From Phallusia mammillata (Eukaryota): a stretch of DNA of 64,000 nucleotides. Position 1 is the first letter of the stretch. Each line of letters begins with the position of its first letter. The stretch covers positions 6,510,001 to 6,574,000 of the forward strand of contig OZ281501.1 in NCBI GenBank assembly GCA_965637545.1, in the 5' to 3' direction. The position numbers and the translations under genes were made by a program. The notes beneath the pieces were generated by a model that did no database searches, was not told the DNA's origin, and saw nothing but the letters and a program-made list of their open reading frames with translations. Of the stretch, positions 11,007-26,000 are shown in pieces.

Positions 11007-14000
11007 CTGTAAGGTTACAAAAGTTCATTAGATCTGTAAAATTCAAACAGAATGCAAGAAAAATACATCGTGGTTGCACTTACTGGTAACAAGGCACCAC
11101 ACACATTGATTGTGACGTGACAGGAAGCTTGCAGGCGGATGACGTCATCCACGCTAATTGAGCTACATCCCAACATCCGTATATGGGTCTCCTGTCAAAG
11201 CAAAAACAGCGTTAGCACGATTTTTTGACGTATGACAGCCGGTGATGTATTTCCGCTGCGGAAAGGAATTTATCCACGCCTAATGAATGCCGGTTTGTTA
11301 CTCAATTCCTCATTTGGAATACATATATTTGTTAGTTTAATTATTTCCTCCACGAGAAGAAATTTTCATGCCTGAAATATAAGTCGCTGGAACTATCTGG
11401 ATTTTTTGTGGAAAGTGGCCTTTCGTATGTATTTCTGTTGTGTTACTGAATATATGTATCAGAAATCGTCTGGTCTGAGCATCGTACAACTTTGACATTC
11501 TACACTGTGTCACGAAGCTATTGTATGGATTCTAATTTGTTTTGACATTTGTTTAACCGTGTTTGTTTCACGTGTGGTTCACCTTTATTAAACTACTTGG
11601 GGATTAATAAAATCAAGTTTGTATTATTCACAATCATTTATGACACTATTTTTTCCCCAAAAACCTTTTCAACCATTTCCTAAAATTACATACGCCAAGA
11701 CGAATTTAGATGTACCAAGCTCTTAAGTTGGATTTCTTTCGCCACAATTTGGGAAACAGCCTTCAATAAAAAAGCCTAAGCTTGCATCTCAAAAACAATT
11801 TGAATACCTTTTTCCAATTCCACATATTTTCACATCACATCTCCCCCAGCTCCTTACGACTGAAGTCACGTCTCTCTTGCGCCGTCCAGCGGTCGCACCG
11901 TCATTGGAAGCCGAAATCCTACTCCCGTTGTTGGTAACCATGGAAACAGGAGTACTAAGAGTATCGTTGCGAGGAGCGAGAGTCTGGATCACTTCACTAA
12001 ACTCCGAGTCCTCTGGATCATCGTCGTAGTCCTCCGAGCTCTCCATCGCAGTCTCCTCATCTACATCCTGTGCTCCTTGGTCCTGACTTTCGGATGCGGA
12101 TGTTGGAAACTGGAGGACTTGAGGATGGACAAAGATCTCGCCGTGGATAGAGGGAATGCCAGTAGCGTTTGATTCAAGTGATGTCTGAAGAAAGAGAGGG
12201 AATTGATTTGTCCACGTTAATAAAATAGATACATAATTAGAGAGATGGTGCTTTGAATTTAGTGATATTAAACTTCGGTTAAACCGGATTCGGTTAATCT
12301 GGATCTTCGCCTAATCAGGACAATTTCTTTGGTGCCAACTGGTCCAGATTAACCGAGGTTTACTGTAGTAGCACTTTTCTACCCCTCAATGGACAATTTT
12401 GGTTGGTACATTTTCTGAAACGGTCGACCAAGCAAGTTTAACACTGCTTTTCTTAAGTTACAAAGTTTAAATTCAACCAAAATTCGATTACGGTACTGGA
12501 ACACCCTTCTACACAAAATAGCAAACAATTATAATTTTTTCTTCATCTATATTTTTTGTTTCCTTTTTTGGTTTATTTTTTGGGTGTTACCACATTATTG
12601 TGATGTGTACGACAGCTTGTGGTAAAACGTAAGATTTAATGAAGTCCTTATGTTTTCATGCATACCTGAAACTCTTAAAAAATGCACCACATTTACATTT
12701 TTAAATTTCAGTTTAGTTTCATACCTCGTTGTTGCCGTTGAGAGTTCCGTTGGAAAAAAGATTAGAAATAGCGACGCTTAGTGGACGACCGGCAGATGAT
12801 TGCCCCGACCGCGAGGTGACGCCATTCTGCCTTTGATGTTTCTCGCAAGAGCGACAGCAGAGTTTCCGATATCCAGTAATGTCACAGTAGCTAGTAATGG
12901 CATCCAAACGGCAGAAGATTGACTGGTCAGTTGTACAAGGTGCAGCTACAATACAAAAACACCAATTTTGTTATTGTGTTTTCAAACAAAAATTGTATAT
13001 CTAGTTTAGTGGTTCCCAACCGGGGAGGATTTTTAAATTTTCGGTAAATATACACGTAATTTCTGCGAACATAACCTGTGTTGTTGATAAAAGGCCCATT
13101 TTTAAATGATCTTTGTAAGGTTTAGCATCTATTCTATTATGTAGTATATTAGGGAGAAATGGAAGGTTTTGATTTGTTAAGGGAGTAACTCGTCGAAAAA
13201 AATGGGATCCATGTTCTAGGTTTACATTTTTTAGATTCATTTGCAAAACGAAACTCGCTAGTTCGCTGCCTTAAGCTATTGATTGACCTTCTTGTCTTGG
13301 ACTTGTTAAAAACCTACGCTGCAGGTTGTTATACAAGGTTGTTATAAATTAAGTTCGGCCAAGAACGATTTAAAACACACCGCATAAGGAACTCGAATCT
13401 TGCATCGATTTTGTATCATTCCAAATATTAATGTCAGTGCTTGTGTTAGCTGGGATATATCTACAGTATATGTTTGAAAAGTGCTTAGTAAGCAAAACAT
13501 GCGTTATATATAAAAAAATCAGTGTTCATGCGAGTCATGCGATTTGGCAGCAAATACCTTCCGCAATTGTGGACCGTACGGGCGCTTGAGTTGTGGTAAT
13601 GCCTGCATGGCAAAAGCTGGGGTTTAGATAAGCTGCTGCTGCGTTAAATCGATTTCCAATTTAACGCAAGTACGTGCAATTATTTAGCAACCGATTACAA
13701 TGCCAATAACGTAAAGCAAATTGTAGCTCAGCTTCAGCACATATATAATAGCAAATGTTGTGTATGTTGTTAAATATAATAAAAAACGCAAAAAGCCGCG
13801 TTGCTATAGCAAATTAGCTCATGGTATTGAACATATACTGTAGTGTAAATAATCCATTTTATGTCAAAAAGCCATCCCTGTTTTTGCAGCAAAAATTGAG
13901 ACATTGTCCTAAAAGTTACACAAAGCAACAAGTAAATACAATTTTGGAAACCCCATTTCTAGGCAGCAAATTTCATACACCTTTTAGTCAGCAAAGCAAC

Positions 14001-17000
14001 AGCTCTTTTTAAAGGCAGCAGTGTAAACAATTTTTAATTATTCAATAAGAAGTTCTTACGTTGGCATTCGGTCACTTGGCAGTGTTGTACGTCACTTGGT
14101 CGATCTCCTAGACACTCGCTAGCGCTAACGAGTCGACTACGGCCTCTGCAAATGACCTGGCGTCGTTGAATGCCTTCACCGCATGTTGTGGAACACTGCA
14201 GAATTTTAAAACAATATTTGTTCAGTTGAAACCGAGTAGAATATTGAACCAATTCGTGGATTTTTTATTATGATTTAACATTAGTTTTTTTTCGAAATAG
14301 CCTGATTATTTGAATTCTGTGAAGAAATTTTCACATGTAAGTAAACCATCGATTTTATTCGTTAGCTGCTCCCGTTTCCCCATATTCGGTTTATTTCCAC
14401 TGATTAAATAAAGTGTTTCATTTTATTTTATTTAGTGAATTTTATAGTTATTTTCACGGGTTTCAAACCCAGGATGCTCCAGAGGAAAGATCTCAGCTTT
14501 TTTGCGTCTGTATATTGGATCTTAACTTTTTTGCGTCTGTATATGGGAGCGCCGGACCATTCGGCCAAGTTGTCTCATACCTCGGACCAGTTTCCATAGC
14601 GCCAACTAGCGGGACACGCAGGTTTGGTGCAGGACTGCTGAGTGTCGGGTCTGGGTTGACTCAAGCAATACGCGTCAGGTATGCTTTCAGCCACACCGTA
14701 GTTGTTTGTGCGACGACACGAAACAGCTCGACGTTTGATTCCAGGGACACCACAAGATCGTGAACATTCCTCCCAGCTGCCAGTATGCCATCTGAAAAAA
14801 TATGTTTAAATTGGACACACTGTACTTGTACGAAGATCGTATTGTTTAGTGTGTTGTCCTAATGAAAGCGTCTCGACTGGGAAATCGAAAGGACGGTTTG
14901 CTTTATTATAAAACATCTTAAAGACCAATACAATTTTAAATCATGTACAAAATTGTAATGTGCTATAATGTGTGTACAAGAGATGCGGTGAGACATTTTG
15001 GAGAAGATAAAAGGTGGAAAAAGTAGTTTCAAATAGTACCTAATAAGGTCGCATGGTGAACTGCACGGCTGAATAGTTGGTTTCGGAGTTCGCCCAGAAC
15101 ATTTTCTTTTGTTCACCCATCTCTCACCGATCGTACTACGACAACCGTAGCGGGATGACCTAAGCAGGATAAAAATACTTTAACTTGTAACCAAGGTAAT
15201 ATAAATCAAAACTCTCTGATCCAGGTAAAAAAGTCTTACACGATTTAGACGGTGGTACAGGATGGTGAAAGGGATCAAAGAATCTCTACGTATTAGCGAA
15301 GTATCTATAACTACGCACAAAGAACCATCAACAGAACTATTATTTTCGCCTATGAAAAGACATGCCTGTTTCTGTCTTATTTAAAGAGAATCATATTTAA
15401 CAGGCGAAATTAATATTTCTGTTTTTGAAAGTAAAAGATAAAAAAAAACAGTGATCGTAAATGTTGCTGTTTTTAAAGATTTTTAGCATAATATACGTGT
15501 TTCAAGCATGGCACAGACTATAAAAAATACATTTATGGTGGTGTTTGTAGAAACATGTTCGTCCAAAAGAGCATAATAATTTAAAAAAGACATACCTCAT
15601 TCCGTTTCCACAAGATACTGAACATGACGTCCACTTGCGGATGACGTATCGATACGTGTCACGTGGTCTCGGCACGTTATTTACGTGCATGATGTAACTA
15701 TAACGAATGCCTACTCGCATTGTCCGCCTCTGAATCAGAATCTGACAAAAGAAAAACTTGCGGTGATTTTGTGGAAATTGAAACGCAGGGTTTAACACAT
15801 GGTCAACAGTTTGGATATAAAGTTGCGCAAAAATAAATAAAAAACCGACTGCCCTGTCCAAGAACTGCCCAGTAAAAAAACTGCATTGTCAAACCGATAT
15901 AGTTGCAAATTTTCTAATGCCTTGTTTATGTGTTTGAAGAAAAATGAAATACAGTAAATCTTGGTTAATCCGGACCCGTTTGGACCAAACAATTTGTCCG
16001 GATTAAGCGAAGATCCGAATTAACCGATGTCGATTACTTAAAGCCTTACAACAATACAAATCATTTGTACCTCAAGTTTTGCACGAATTAGGCGAAGATC
16101 CGGATTAACCCAATTCGTTTCAACCGAGGTTTACTGTATAACGCATTTGAACTTTATTCTTAGCGAAAAGTTCAACGACACACAATTCTCCCGCTAAACA
16201 ACAATTACGCCTACAATATGACGCAACGCACGAACGCACGCAGAAAAACATCCAACCGCGCATAAAACCTTTATATCCGCCTCACATGCTCTTTAGGGGC
16301 CAAAGTCCCATCCGGTGACAACAAAAACACTACAGCTCCTACCACGAAATGATTCATCACCCAATGCACCTGATTGTCATTAGTAAACAAGGTCTACGTA
16401 CGGAAAGGGATACGTGCGTCATCACATTTGCAACCAAGCTCGAAACCGCTTCGTTAAGTGAAGATTTCTGTCAAGGGGGTCTTAGCATCAAGCTACCAAC
16501 AATATAATGCCTTAGGTATGGTAAATTTTCCGTTAACAGACAGGCTGGATTTACAGACAGTTGTTTGAGTCATAACAACTGATTTTAAAGAACTGCAAAA
16601 GGTTGTGTTTGAAGACAAGGCTAATTACCCTCACGGTTTAGTTGATGTGGTAACATTAGCACCCTATTACGCATAGATTCGTTTAGTAGCTTTTAAAGTG
16701 GACTGAAGTGAGCAAAACCGTATCCTGTCTGCTGTCGTCGTAACCTCATATCACCCAAAGACTAAGAAAGATTTCTCTAGAACTCAAGTGATCTTGTTAG
16801 GCGAAATCATGACAAATGATCGTGGGATTAGTTTTGACCGCAAAACAGGTAATTCTGCCACAGTGGGTACGTGTGAATAGAAATACGTCAATGTATGTTA
16901 TCGCCATGATTGTCAAAGAGCTAAAAGCGACTTGCGATCGTGAATTAAGTTTCTGAAGCTAATAAAAGTAGGACATTAATTTTAGTTCCTATTTGGTTTT

Positions 17001-20000
17001 GTAATTTATCTTTTAATTTGTTTTCTCTGTAAAACCAAACTATTTCTGTTTATTAATGTTTTTTGTCATCCAACAGTCCATTTTTGGTCACTTCGGCAAA
17101 GAAAAGGTGAAAACAACAAATTACCAAACGTTTTTCATAAAAATGTGGACAGAAGTTGACAGTTAAGAATGCTTGGTTCTTGGATACTTGGCGCTAAAAC
17201 TCTTGTGGTCAAAATGTCATATTTGTGACGCAATTCGGTTTTTCGAAGAAAATATGACTAAACAATATCCAGGAAAAGATCAATGTTTGTCCAAATCAGT
17301 GTGAAGGCAAAAGTTTTGGATTCGGCTTTACTTTTATCTACGAAATACGAATTAGCAACAAATGCCCTGCTTAGCTTTCGTGAAAAATGATACTCAGAGC
17401 TTTATGACGTCATTTATCTATGACGTCACAATATCATTTCTAATTCTTTTATTTGATGTGTTACTGAAGCTTTTCGATTCCCAACTATTGCGCCTAAACA
17501 CGTAGTCTTTAAATCACCCTTTAACCCACCATTTAGATTATATGTCATGTTGTGATGTTGAGCAAAGTTTGATCGACCACCAAGTATGAAAAAAGGCCAT
17601 CCTAATACTTGTACTGAATTGACCAGGCATATCTGTTCTGGTAACTCAAAGCAAACCTCAACACACTTGGTTTAAGCCCAAATTTAACTATATGTAACAA
17701 ACTTACCATAAGGATGATATCAGCGTTCACGGGCCCAGGAGCAGCAAGAGTTTCGACGTCATCGATACTATCGTAAGTCCAAACTGTCCCGGCATTCACC
17801 ACCCTGTATGGGAAATCCCCTTCTGATACCCGACTCCCCCGACCGTTGAGAAAGTAGCGGCGATCATTGCGGTTCTTTAATGCTGCGAATGCGTAAAGTG
17901 AGAAACGTTAAGCTATATAGAGGGCGTGGAATTGGGCTATTGAAAACAACAGCACCCATACTGGAAATAAAGTTGGCCATGAATTAGGTCCATTATATCA
18001 GGGGTCCGCAAATACTTTTTGGCGCGACCCTAAAATAATTGCTCCAAATTATCGCGACCCAAGCATTTTGTTAGCATGTAAGTTTGTGGAAAATACTAAG
18101 CAACTAGATATCAATACTAAGACTGCTATTATGCTTTTGTCAGTTGCCATTTTCTTGCACAAAATAAAGCGAAACTCAGCACATAAAACAGTATGTAAAC
18201 GAACGTATTTATTCAGCAAAATGGTAACAGAAAAGCATGACTGCTTGCGCAGGTACGCTTAACTTATTGCATTGTTACATAGACTGCATGTAACTGTTAC
18301 GTAGTCATATGTAACAATGCAATAATAATTTGGTTGAAAAAGCTGGAAGTTCATTAATACTAGATGCGATGCTTATATATTCATGGCAAATTTAAAATAT
18401 TTTGCGACCCAGACTGGAAGGTCTCGCGACCCAAATTTGGGTCGCAACCCACCATTTTCGGACCCCTGCATTATATGTATTAATTTAAGCCGCAAAGTGT
18501 GTTAACAAATCAAAATGTAAGCGTTTAAATATAAAGCTAAATGGTTTTTGTTGTTATATAGGTGTGAGATTTCAGCTAAAAAAGATTCGAAGTCGAATTT
18601 TAGTGGACATTATTACATTTTTTAAATGTATTTTTGTAGCACGAAATAATTGACAACAACCTCATAAAATCTGACAGCGAGATCCCGCGGTGGCGCTATT
18701 GAGCGAACAAATAAATTAGGGTCACAACATTTATTAGCTTTCAAAACCTAAACCAGCCGAGTGGCCAATACAAGGCAAATCGACATCCAATACATACAAA
18801 GAATGAAGAAGGGCCAAGGAATTTTACATTTGATTGACACCTGACAAAACAATCACGCAAGCAGAGAGTCACGTGCGAAATATTCCCTTAGCCCCAGCAA
18901 AAACCTCAAGCGTTTGTGTCAGGCGGTTTCCCAACAGGTCAACGCCGCTCACCGAATACTAGCTTAACTTATTACGGAAACCGATACTTATTGGCAAGCG
19001 TACGGCAGCATTGGCTTTCACGTCGAATCATTCCGAATTGGGTCATTGCGATAGAGCCCCTGGGGACCTGTGAGTTAGGTTTGGAGGCCACAGACCCGTC
19101 GTGGTGGATTTGTAAGTGAAGGCCTCGGTTAAGCCTGGCGTTATTGCGACATGATTTGATTAAAAAGCTTGGATGTACGACGGGCATATGGTTTCATTAC
19201 ACTGGGCGATTTTCTTGACAACCGAGTACATTGGATTTTAGCATACCCAGTGATTTTTTTAAACTGAAAGGTCACTTAAATCTTTCAAAATCTGGGGTAA
19301 GGTCAATAAAACTAAATAAAAAACGTCATTCTCAAAGTATTCTATAAATATCGTTTCGAATTAAATTGCCTTTTAAAGTCGCAAAAAGTACAACAAACGC
19401 ATAATATCCTTCCCAATGGACGTTAGGGTGCTTTGCTAGTTTGCGTATTTTTAATAAACGTTGTAATGATTTCAAATCACCAAACGGTCAAATTGTCCAC
19501 AAGCAATATTTGGACAACTTACCAAACATATTTGAGTTGTTTGAAATTCTGATCTCGCTGATTCGTATATGTCGTGCACCTCGTGGTATCTTGTACATCT
19601 TCATGTAATCTGGAAAACACAATACAAAGAAAGATAAAAATAGGTGCCTTACATCACAGCGTGTTGCGTATGCTGACATAGTTTACCCACTACGGGTATT
19701 GCCAAGACTGTATGTGACGGTTATACGGAAGGCTCCCTAAGGATTTTGGACCCTTTCTCATACATTGTTTACAATTCTGCGCCAACGTGGTAACATAGTG
19801 GTGACGACGTAAGTATTTATGGTAGCTGCAACTAACAGGGATAGCTTGGGGAAGCTAAAACGATGCATACCGTTTTAATAGCTTATGCAGGAATAGGAAT
19901 ACCACGTCTTTCACATAGGACGGGTTTGCCTGTTTGGAAAATCGGGGATGCAAAAAAAAACATAATTCGGTTTTGGTAATCTATGTCGTGATAGCCTTAA

Positions 20001-23000
20001 TTGCACCTAAAAGGTCAAAATACCCTGATAACCATACTCTTACATAAAGTACGAGCAATGCCAAGTTCTGATCTGTTGGCCATACAAGCTATAGGTCGAA
20101 TAAATTTACAACACAGTAAATGCTAAGTTGTAATAAATTGAAAACTCCTCTATACATGTTGCAGGTTTGTTTGAAGGTTTGGTTTGGGTGACCGCTAAGT
20201 AGTTTTAAGAGACCGCAAGTGTTTCATTTAAATACCAAAAATAGCCATATTTGCTTAAACGAATTATTTATTAGGCTACTGGCAGATTTTGGGAAACCGC
20301 TGGAGAAATTTGGGGGACCGTTTCGGTCCCCCAAAACACCTCAAAAAAACACTGCATGTTTGTATTCTAGCTATAAAAAACAAACAATAAAACAGCCGAC
20401 AATAGTAAGTATATGTCCTAGGCTCTAACGCGGAACAAGCAAAGCATTGCGGAAGTACAAAGTCTTCGTGGCGATTTCGCGTTGTAATTCTTGCCAGGCC
20501 TTACAGGTCGAGCTTTTGGGATTATATTTATTAAAACAGGCTTGATTAGGGCCTGCGACTTGGCACTCGACCATATTCATATTGCGATATCAGGCCTTGT
20601 GAATCCAACTTTCGGGCCACGATTTTAGACCGGCTTAGTAATCTGGCTCCTGTAGAAACTTACGGTTAAGTTTTCGTTTCGTCTTCTTGGCAAGATCTCC
20701 CGTAATGTTCCTGCAATCTCTTCCGTTTCCACTGCAAACTCCGCATGCATCTTCTCGTAACGGTGATCCGATCACTTTATCACATCCGACATTCTGGACA
20801 AAATATTTTCATGTCAATTTCAAAATTCGATCTGCCAAACGTAAAATGTGTAAAAACGTTGTTGCAAGCAATTTTTAAACGCTATTCTAATCTTCGCTTG
20901 AAAGAACCCGCGCCTAACATATCAAGTGTTGTTATTGTTGATTTAATTTATGAAAATATTTTTTTGAAACAACTTCCGATTGGACTTTGATATGCGACAA
21001 AATGAACTCGCAACAAAATTGCTCGTTTTTAATGAACCACAAGAGCAACAGCAGTGGAGCATTTGCAAAGAGTTTCGTAATTGTCCAAGAAGACAGGCTC
21101 AGTAACTAAGAAATTAAGAAAGACAAGCTCATTACAAAATCAGGAATAGTTTTCTGACTCAAGTCGTAGAAACAGTCCCGATTTTTTTACACACCACAAA
21201 TGGCAATTTGCTGTTTTATGTTTAAAGTAAATCAAATATATAAACTAAAATAAATAACTGTGACAATCAGATACGCAAAGCGACAGGTCTGTAATTACCC
21301 AAGGAATCCCGCTTTACCAATTTCATTTCATTTCAAATAAATACTACAATTAAAGATAATTATGCCAGTGTTAAGACAGACAACCAATGCAGGAAAGGGA
21401 AAGAATGTACATTAATCACAAGATCCTTTTTTTGCTGCCAAACGTACGTTTCAACTGAATTGTTCAAACAAGAGAAAAACATGGCTACAAGGCGGTCTTC
21501 CTATGGTTGCCACTTGGTTAGATAATACCCCAGTGGTTCCCAAACTTTTTTCTTTTAAGGCGCATTTTAGAAAAAACAAAAATTATTTGGCGCACTTCGA
21601 ACATTTGAATAATTTTTTTAGCTGACAAAGGCACTAACTATGAGGTCATAAAGCCGCTATACAGGTCACTCTCGTAGTTAAATAGCCTAGTTGAACATCT
21701 CAGAGACGTGGAGCACGTTGGCCTAGTGGTCTAGGCACCTGGTACTGCTACTCTACTTGATTGATTTTAATTTCAATATTTTTTGAGGCACACCTAATGA
21801 AATTTTGCGGCACACAAGTGTGCCGCGGCGCATAGTTTGGGAACCACTGTAATACCCACTTGGCGTTGCCGAATTGGAAAAACACCGATGTCACTACTTA
21901 ATCAATGTAACCGCAAAGGGCGTCTCGCAAAGGGCAAACATAGAAAACTGACTCTGCAGATGGCTTGATTACACAGTCACGAACGGGTTGATTGTACAAC
22001 ACACTATATAGAGGATTGGAGACGCCCACCAACAAACTATAACGAAAATCTGTTGGTTGGGAAAATATAGGCGTGTTTGAAATCAACAAAAAAATCCAAA
22101 AATAAAAATACTTAAAATTTTGCCCGTGTCTCGACTCATAAATACACTACGTATGGACCAAATTGATAGAAACAAATTGATTGAAATTAGGACTTTTGCG
22201 CATTCAGACAGTTTTTACCAACCAGACTGAAAACTTTGACGTCTAAGAAGTGTATCTATTTACGTTTCTTTGTGCTGTTTGTTGTTTTTAGATACTGATA
22301 ATGCCCATTACTTCGGTTAAATATATATACATATAAAATGGTGTTTCGGTCTGTTATTATATGCGACTGTTGTCTCCATATCTAGTACTGAGTCTCTGGT
22401 GATTCGTGATTTAAGATTATACTAGACAGTTTTTACCAAAAAAATATGCTTCGTTCTGGCCATAAAATGTTAACACGTGTTAATTTCAATCATCGATAAA
22501 TACATTCGAGTCCTGATTTGAACTCAAACCACTCGACTTTTCCAGTAAGGGACTTCACATATTCCACATCAAATGTAACTTTGTTTATAAGTTTAAGTTT
22601 AAATGTATTTTGATGGTGGATTGAATCTTACCACGCATTCCCCTCTAATGCATATCCCATGTGGATCATCATAACTGCATGAGGTTCCATCCGCTACGAT
22701 GTCTCCCATTGACACCACCATGTCCGTCTTCTTGGAAACGCAAAAGAGCTGGCACTTGAGAAATTCTGGGAAAAAACTTTGACGGTTTTTGATCAAAGAT
22801 AAGATGAAAGTGTTTATCTGGGAAAATTTGTTTTCCGTTGCGGGATAAGTGACGCTCTTTGGGCGTTAAAGATAAAACGTTGATGTGGGTGCGACTTAAG
22901 ATTAAATGACAACGATTTTTTTTATCAACAAGTGTTGTTTTAAGTCAAATAAGGACAAATTCCTCTAAGATTTCCAGCTGCAGCAGAAGCGTTTGAATCT

Positions 23001-26000
23001 CACCATTTTTTGACATAACGTTACCCAATGTCGTACAATAAAAGATTATAGATTGGATAATTTGCGAAATCAAAAGTAACGGATATCAGGGAAAAATCTT
23101 ACGATAGTTGCACAAACATTGGGCAAAGTTTAATGATAAAAAAGAAAGTAGCGCTTTTTTGTAGATTTCACTTATTTACATGTAGGTTTTCTATATGCAA
23201 TAGCATAAAAAATAAAAAAAAATATGTAAACTGTCAAACGTAGACACTTCAATGCAGGGTAAAAATGACTACGACAATTGATGAGATTGATCGCAAGTTG
23301 TGTTTTTTGTACATAATACGACAATTGTAAATCAAATGAATTAAGCCTTCTGCACGGAGGTGATTTGGACCAAACTTCGTAATTAGTCACTTTTTTGTCG
23401 TATTTTTAGTTAGTAAATCAAACTTTTGGGCTTTTTGGAAATGAAAACGGAACTCTGTATCTGCATATTTAAATACCTTTTGGATTTTCATAAGGAAGCC
23501 ACTTGTGTCGCCTGTTATTGATCGTCACCCCATTGCTGTACATACATTGCTCGGCGCGATAATCCCGACCCTCAGGGCACGGACGCGTATTGCACAGGTC
23601 CGGATCCATATTCTGACCCACACAATTTCGACCGTTGTTTGATGGTCTAAAACACATACAAACTGGGGTTGGGCGAGGATTATTTAAAAGTCTCAAAAAG
23701 TTTTGTTTAAGTTTCAAATTTAACACAGTATTTTTTAGCGTACATTTTTCGCAGTTTAAGAAAAAAAAAGATATATATATTTTTAAAAAGAAAAATATAT
23801 TTTAGGTGCTACGGAGTGAATTATTCTTTTAATGTTGAAAAACTGCAATTAAAAGGCACTACAAAACCCAATAGCAGTTAAAGAGTTTTTTTTTATACAA
23901 GTGCAAGGAATAAAACCATTTGCTTCATTGGTGCAGTGACCACTTTCCTATAAGCGTTAAAATACCATCAATAGTAAAGTAAGGCGAACAGTTCGATTTT
24001 GAACCCAAATTGGCCGAAAGGAAATGATATATCATTGTTTAACCAGGAAAACTGTTTACTATTGAAAAAGCGTATTGACAACCTGTCAACTAATGTCTGA
24101 AAAAATCTAGCTAAGGCAAAATGGGACCGAGGATCAAAGAGTCGTTTCGGGTCAATCGCGGACACCGTCATTCAAATTCTTCGCACTTACGGTGGGTTGT
24201 TGCACTTTCGTGTTCTGTACATTACACCGGTTCCACAAGTTCTTGAACATTCACCGTACGTTGACCATGGTCCCCAGTTTCCATCAACGACCTGATTGCT
24301 GTCGCGACGAACACAATGACTCTTGAAGCACCACTGTCAAATATAACCGAAATTGATGATGGGGATTTCAAATAAACAGACAGGTATACAAAGAAACAGC
24401 ACTATTGCAGAGTCAGGCCAAAAGCAACTTTGAAAGGGTTACAGATGACTTATTTTGGGTTTTCATAATTTGTCAAATGTCACTAAGTAGTATGTTCCTA
24501 ACGAGTACAATCCCAAAGGAGGGGCAGGGGCAATATGTTTTTTAAAGGACAATTGAGGTATTGATCAAAACTTTAACTGTGTTTTGTCGATTTTGCATTA
24601 TTATCTAAACTAAAAGTAATTTTTAGTATCTTGTGAAAACCGTATCAGAGATTTTTTTAGCTGATAAGAAGTCACAATTTTTAATAATGGTGAGACTTTA
24701 GGTTTTTTAAGTAACTAATTTAGGCGTAGGCAAAAAAGGTTAAGGCACACTGCTCAAAAGCAAATGCGTTTTCCAAAAAGTTCGATATAGTCACAAAAGG
24801 GCTATTTATTTAAAAAGCTGTTTTCACTTCAAATTTTCCAACCAAAAACAACTTTTAGAAGTTAGCATATGCGCCCACCCCGCTCGTTCCACACCAAAGA
24901 CAGAAAAACAAGAATATAAAGTTTTTAGCTCCCATTTCTGATTAACTTAAACTTTGCCGTTGGCTGAGATCAAAGAGAAGTATTTGCGCATTTCTTGTGG
25001 CTCGTCTCACTTCAGTTTGTGTTCGCGGGTTGTTAAAGCGTGCTACAGCCAAGATATGCCACTCGACTTCTTCCGCTTCTACCAACTCGTCAACGGCCGT
25101 GTATGTAAAATTAGCGAGCTAGGTGTTTTTAACGTTAAGTACCGTTAACCTTTTTTGTGGTGAAAAGTAAAGTGGGTTTCTTAGCTCGTTTTGGCATTTC
25201 GTGTAAATGCACTTAAATGTTTAACAAGACGGAAGCTCTTAGGAATTCCAAACGTAAACTGACATTTTTGCAAGTGTTGCGGCTACAAGGTGTTTTAAAC
25301 CGACCACGACAAACACGTTTCAGTTTATCATTTTATAAAAGAAACAATTGGGATGGTTTCAAGATTCAATTCTGAAGTAGTTTTATGCTGGTAAAGTCCA
25401 ATTTTTATGGCTTATACTGTGAGCGATCTAAATCAAAAGAAACATCAGTGAAGTTAAATCTTAACAAAATTCTGTTTTACATGGCTGCATGTTACCCTTG
25501 CAACCCCTAAGTATGCGTCACATAAAAGCGTTCAAAATTCTTCCAAATTCCACACAATTCCTGTTTTGATTGCAGCTTGAGATTAGATATTTTAATTTGA
25601 AGCTTTACTGACACAACCAGCTGTTATACTGGCGAGAAAGACTCTCAGATGACAAGGGGTTCACACGCACCAGCCCACGATCAACGGATAGGGGTAAACA
25701 GATTATGACAAGTGAGGGGTAACAGGTGGGACAAGGGGCTTTTGAAAAGAACACGCGACACCTGGGGCCGGTTGGGTAACGCTTTTTTTCAAATACGGTT
25801 GTCTAAGAGATTTTTCTGCACGGGCCTGTGAATTTTTACGTGTTGTGTTTTGCAAAGGTGTTAATGCCTTAACTTAATCGCAGCCCAGCAAACAAGCCTA
25901 AAGTTCAACCACACTCTACAACAGGGGTGGGGAACCTACTTTATATCGCGGGCCGCATGAATTGCACAACATTTTCGGGCGGGCCAAATATTTTTTTATT

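Noticed and set aside
14413-14763. 116-aa plus-strand ORF
   Set aside because: Antisense shadow of the ADAMTS TSP1 exon plus a repeat.
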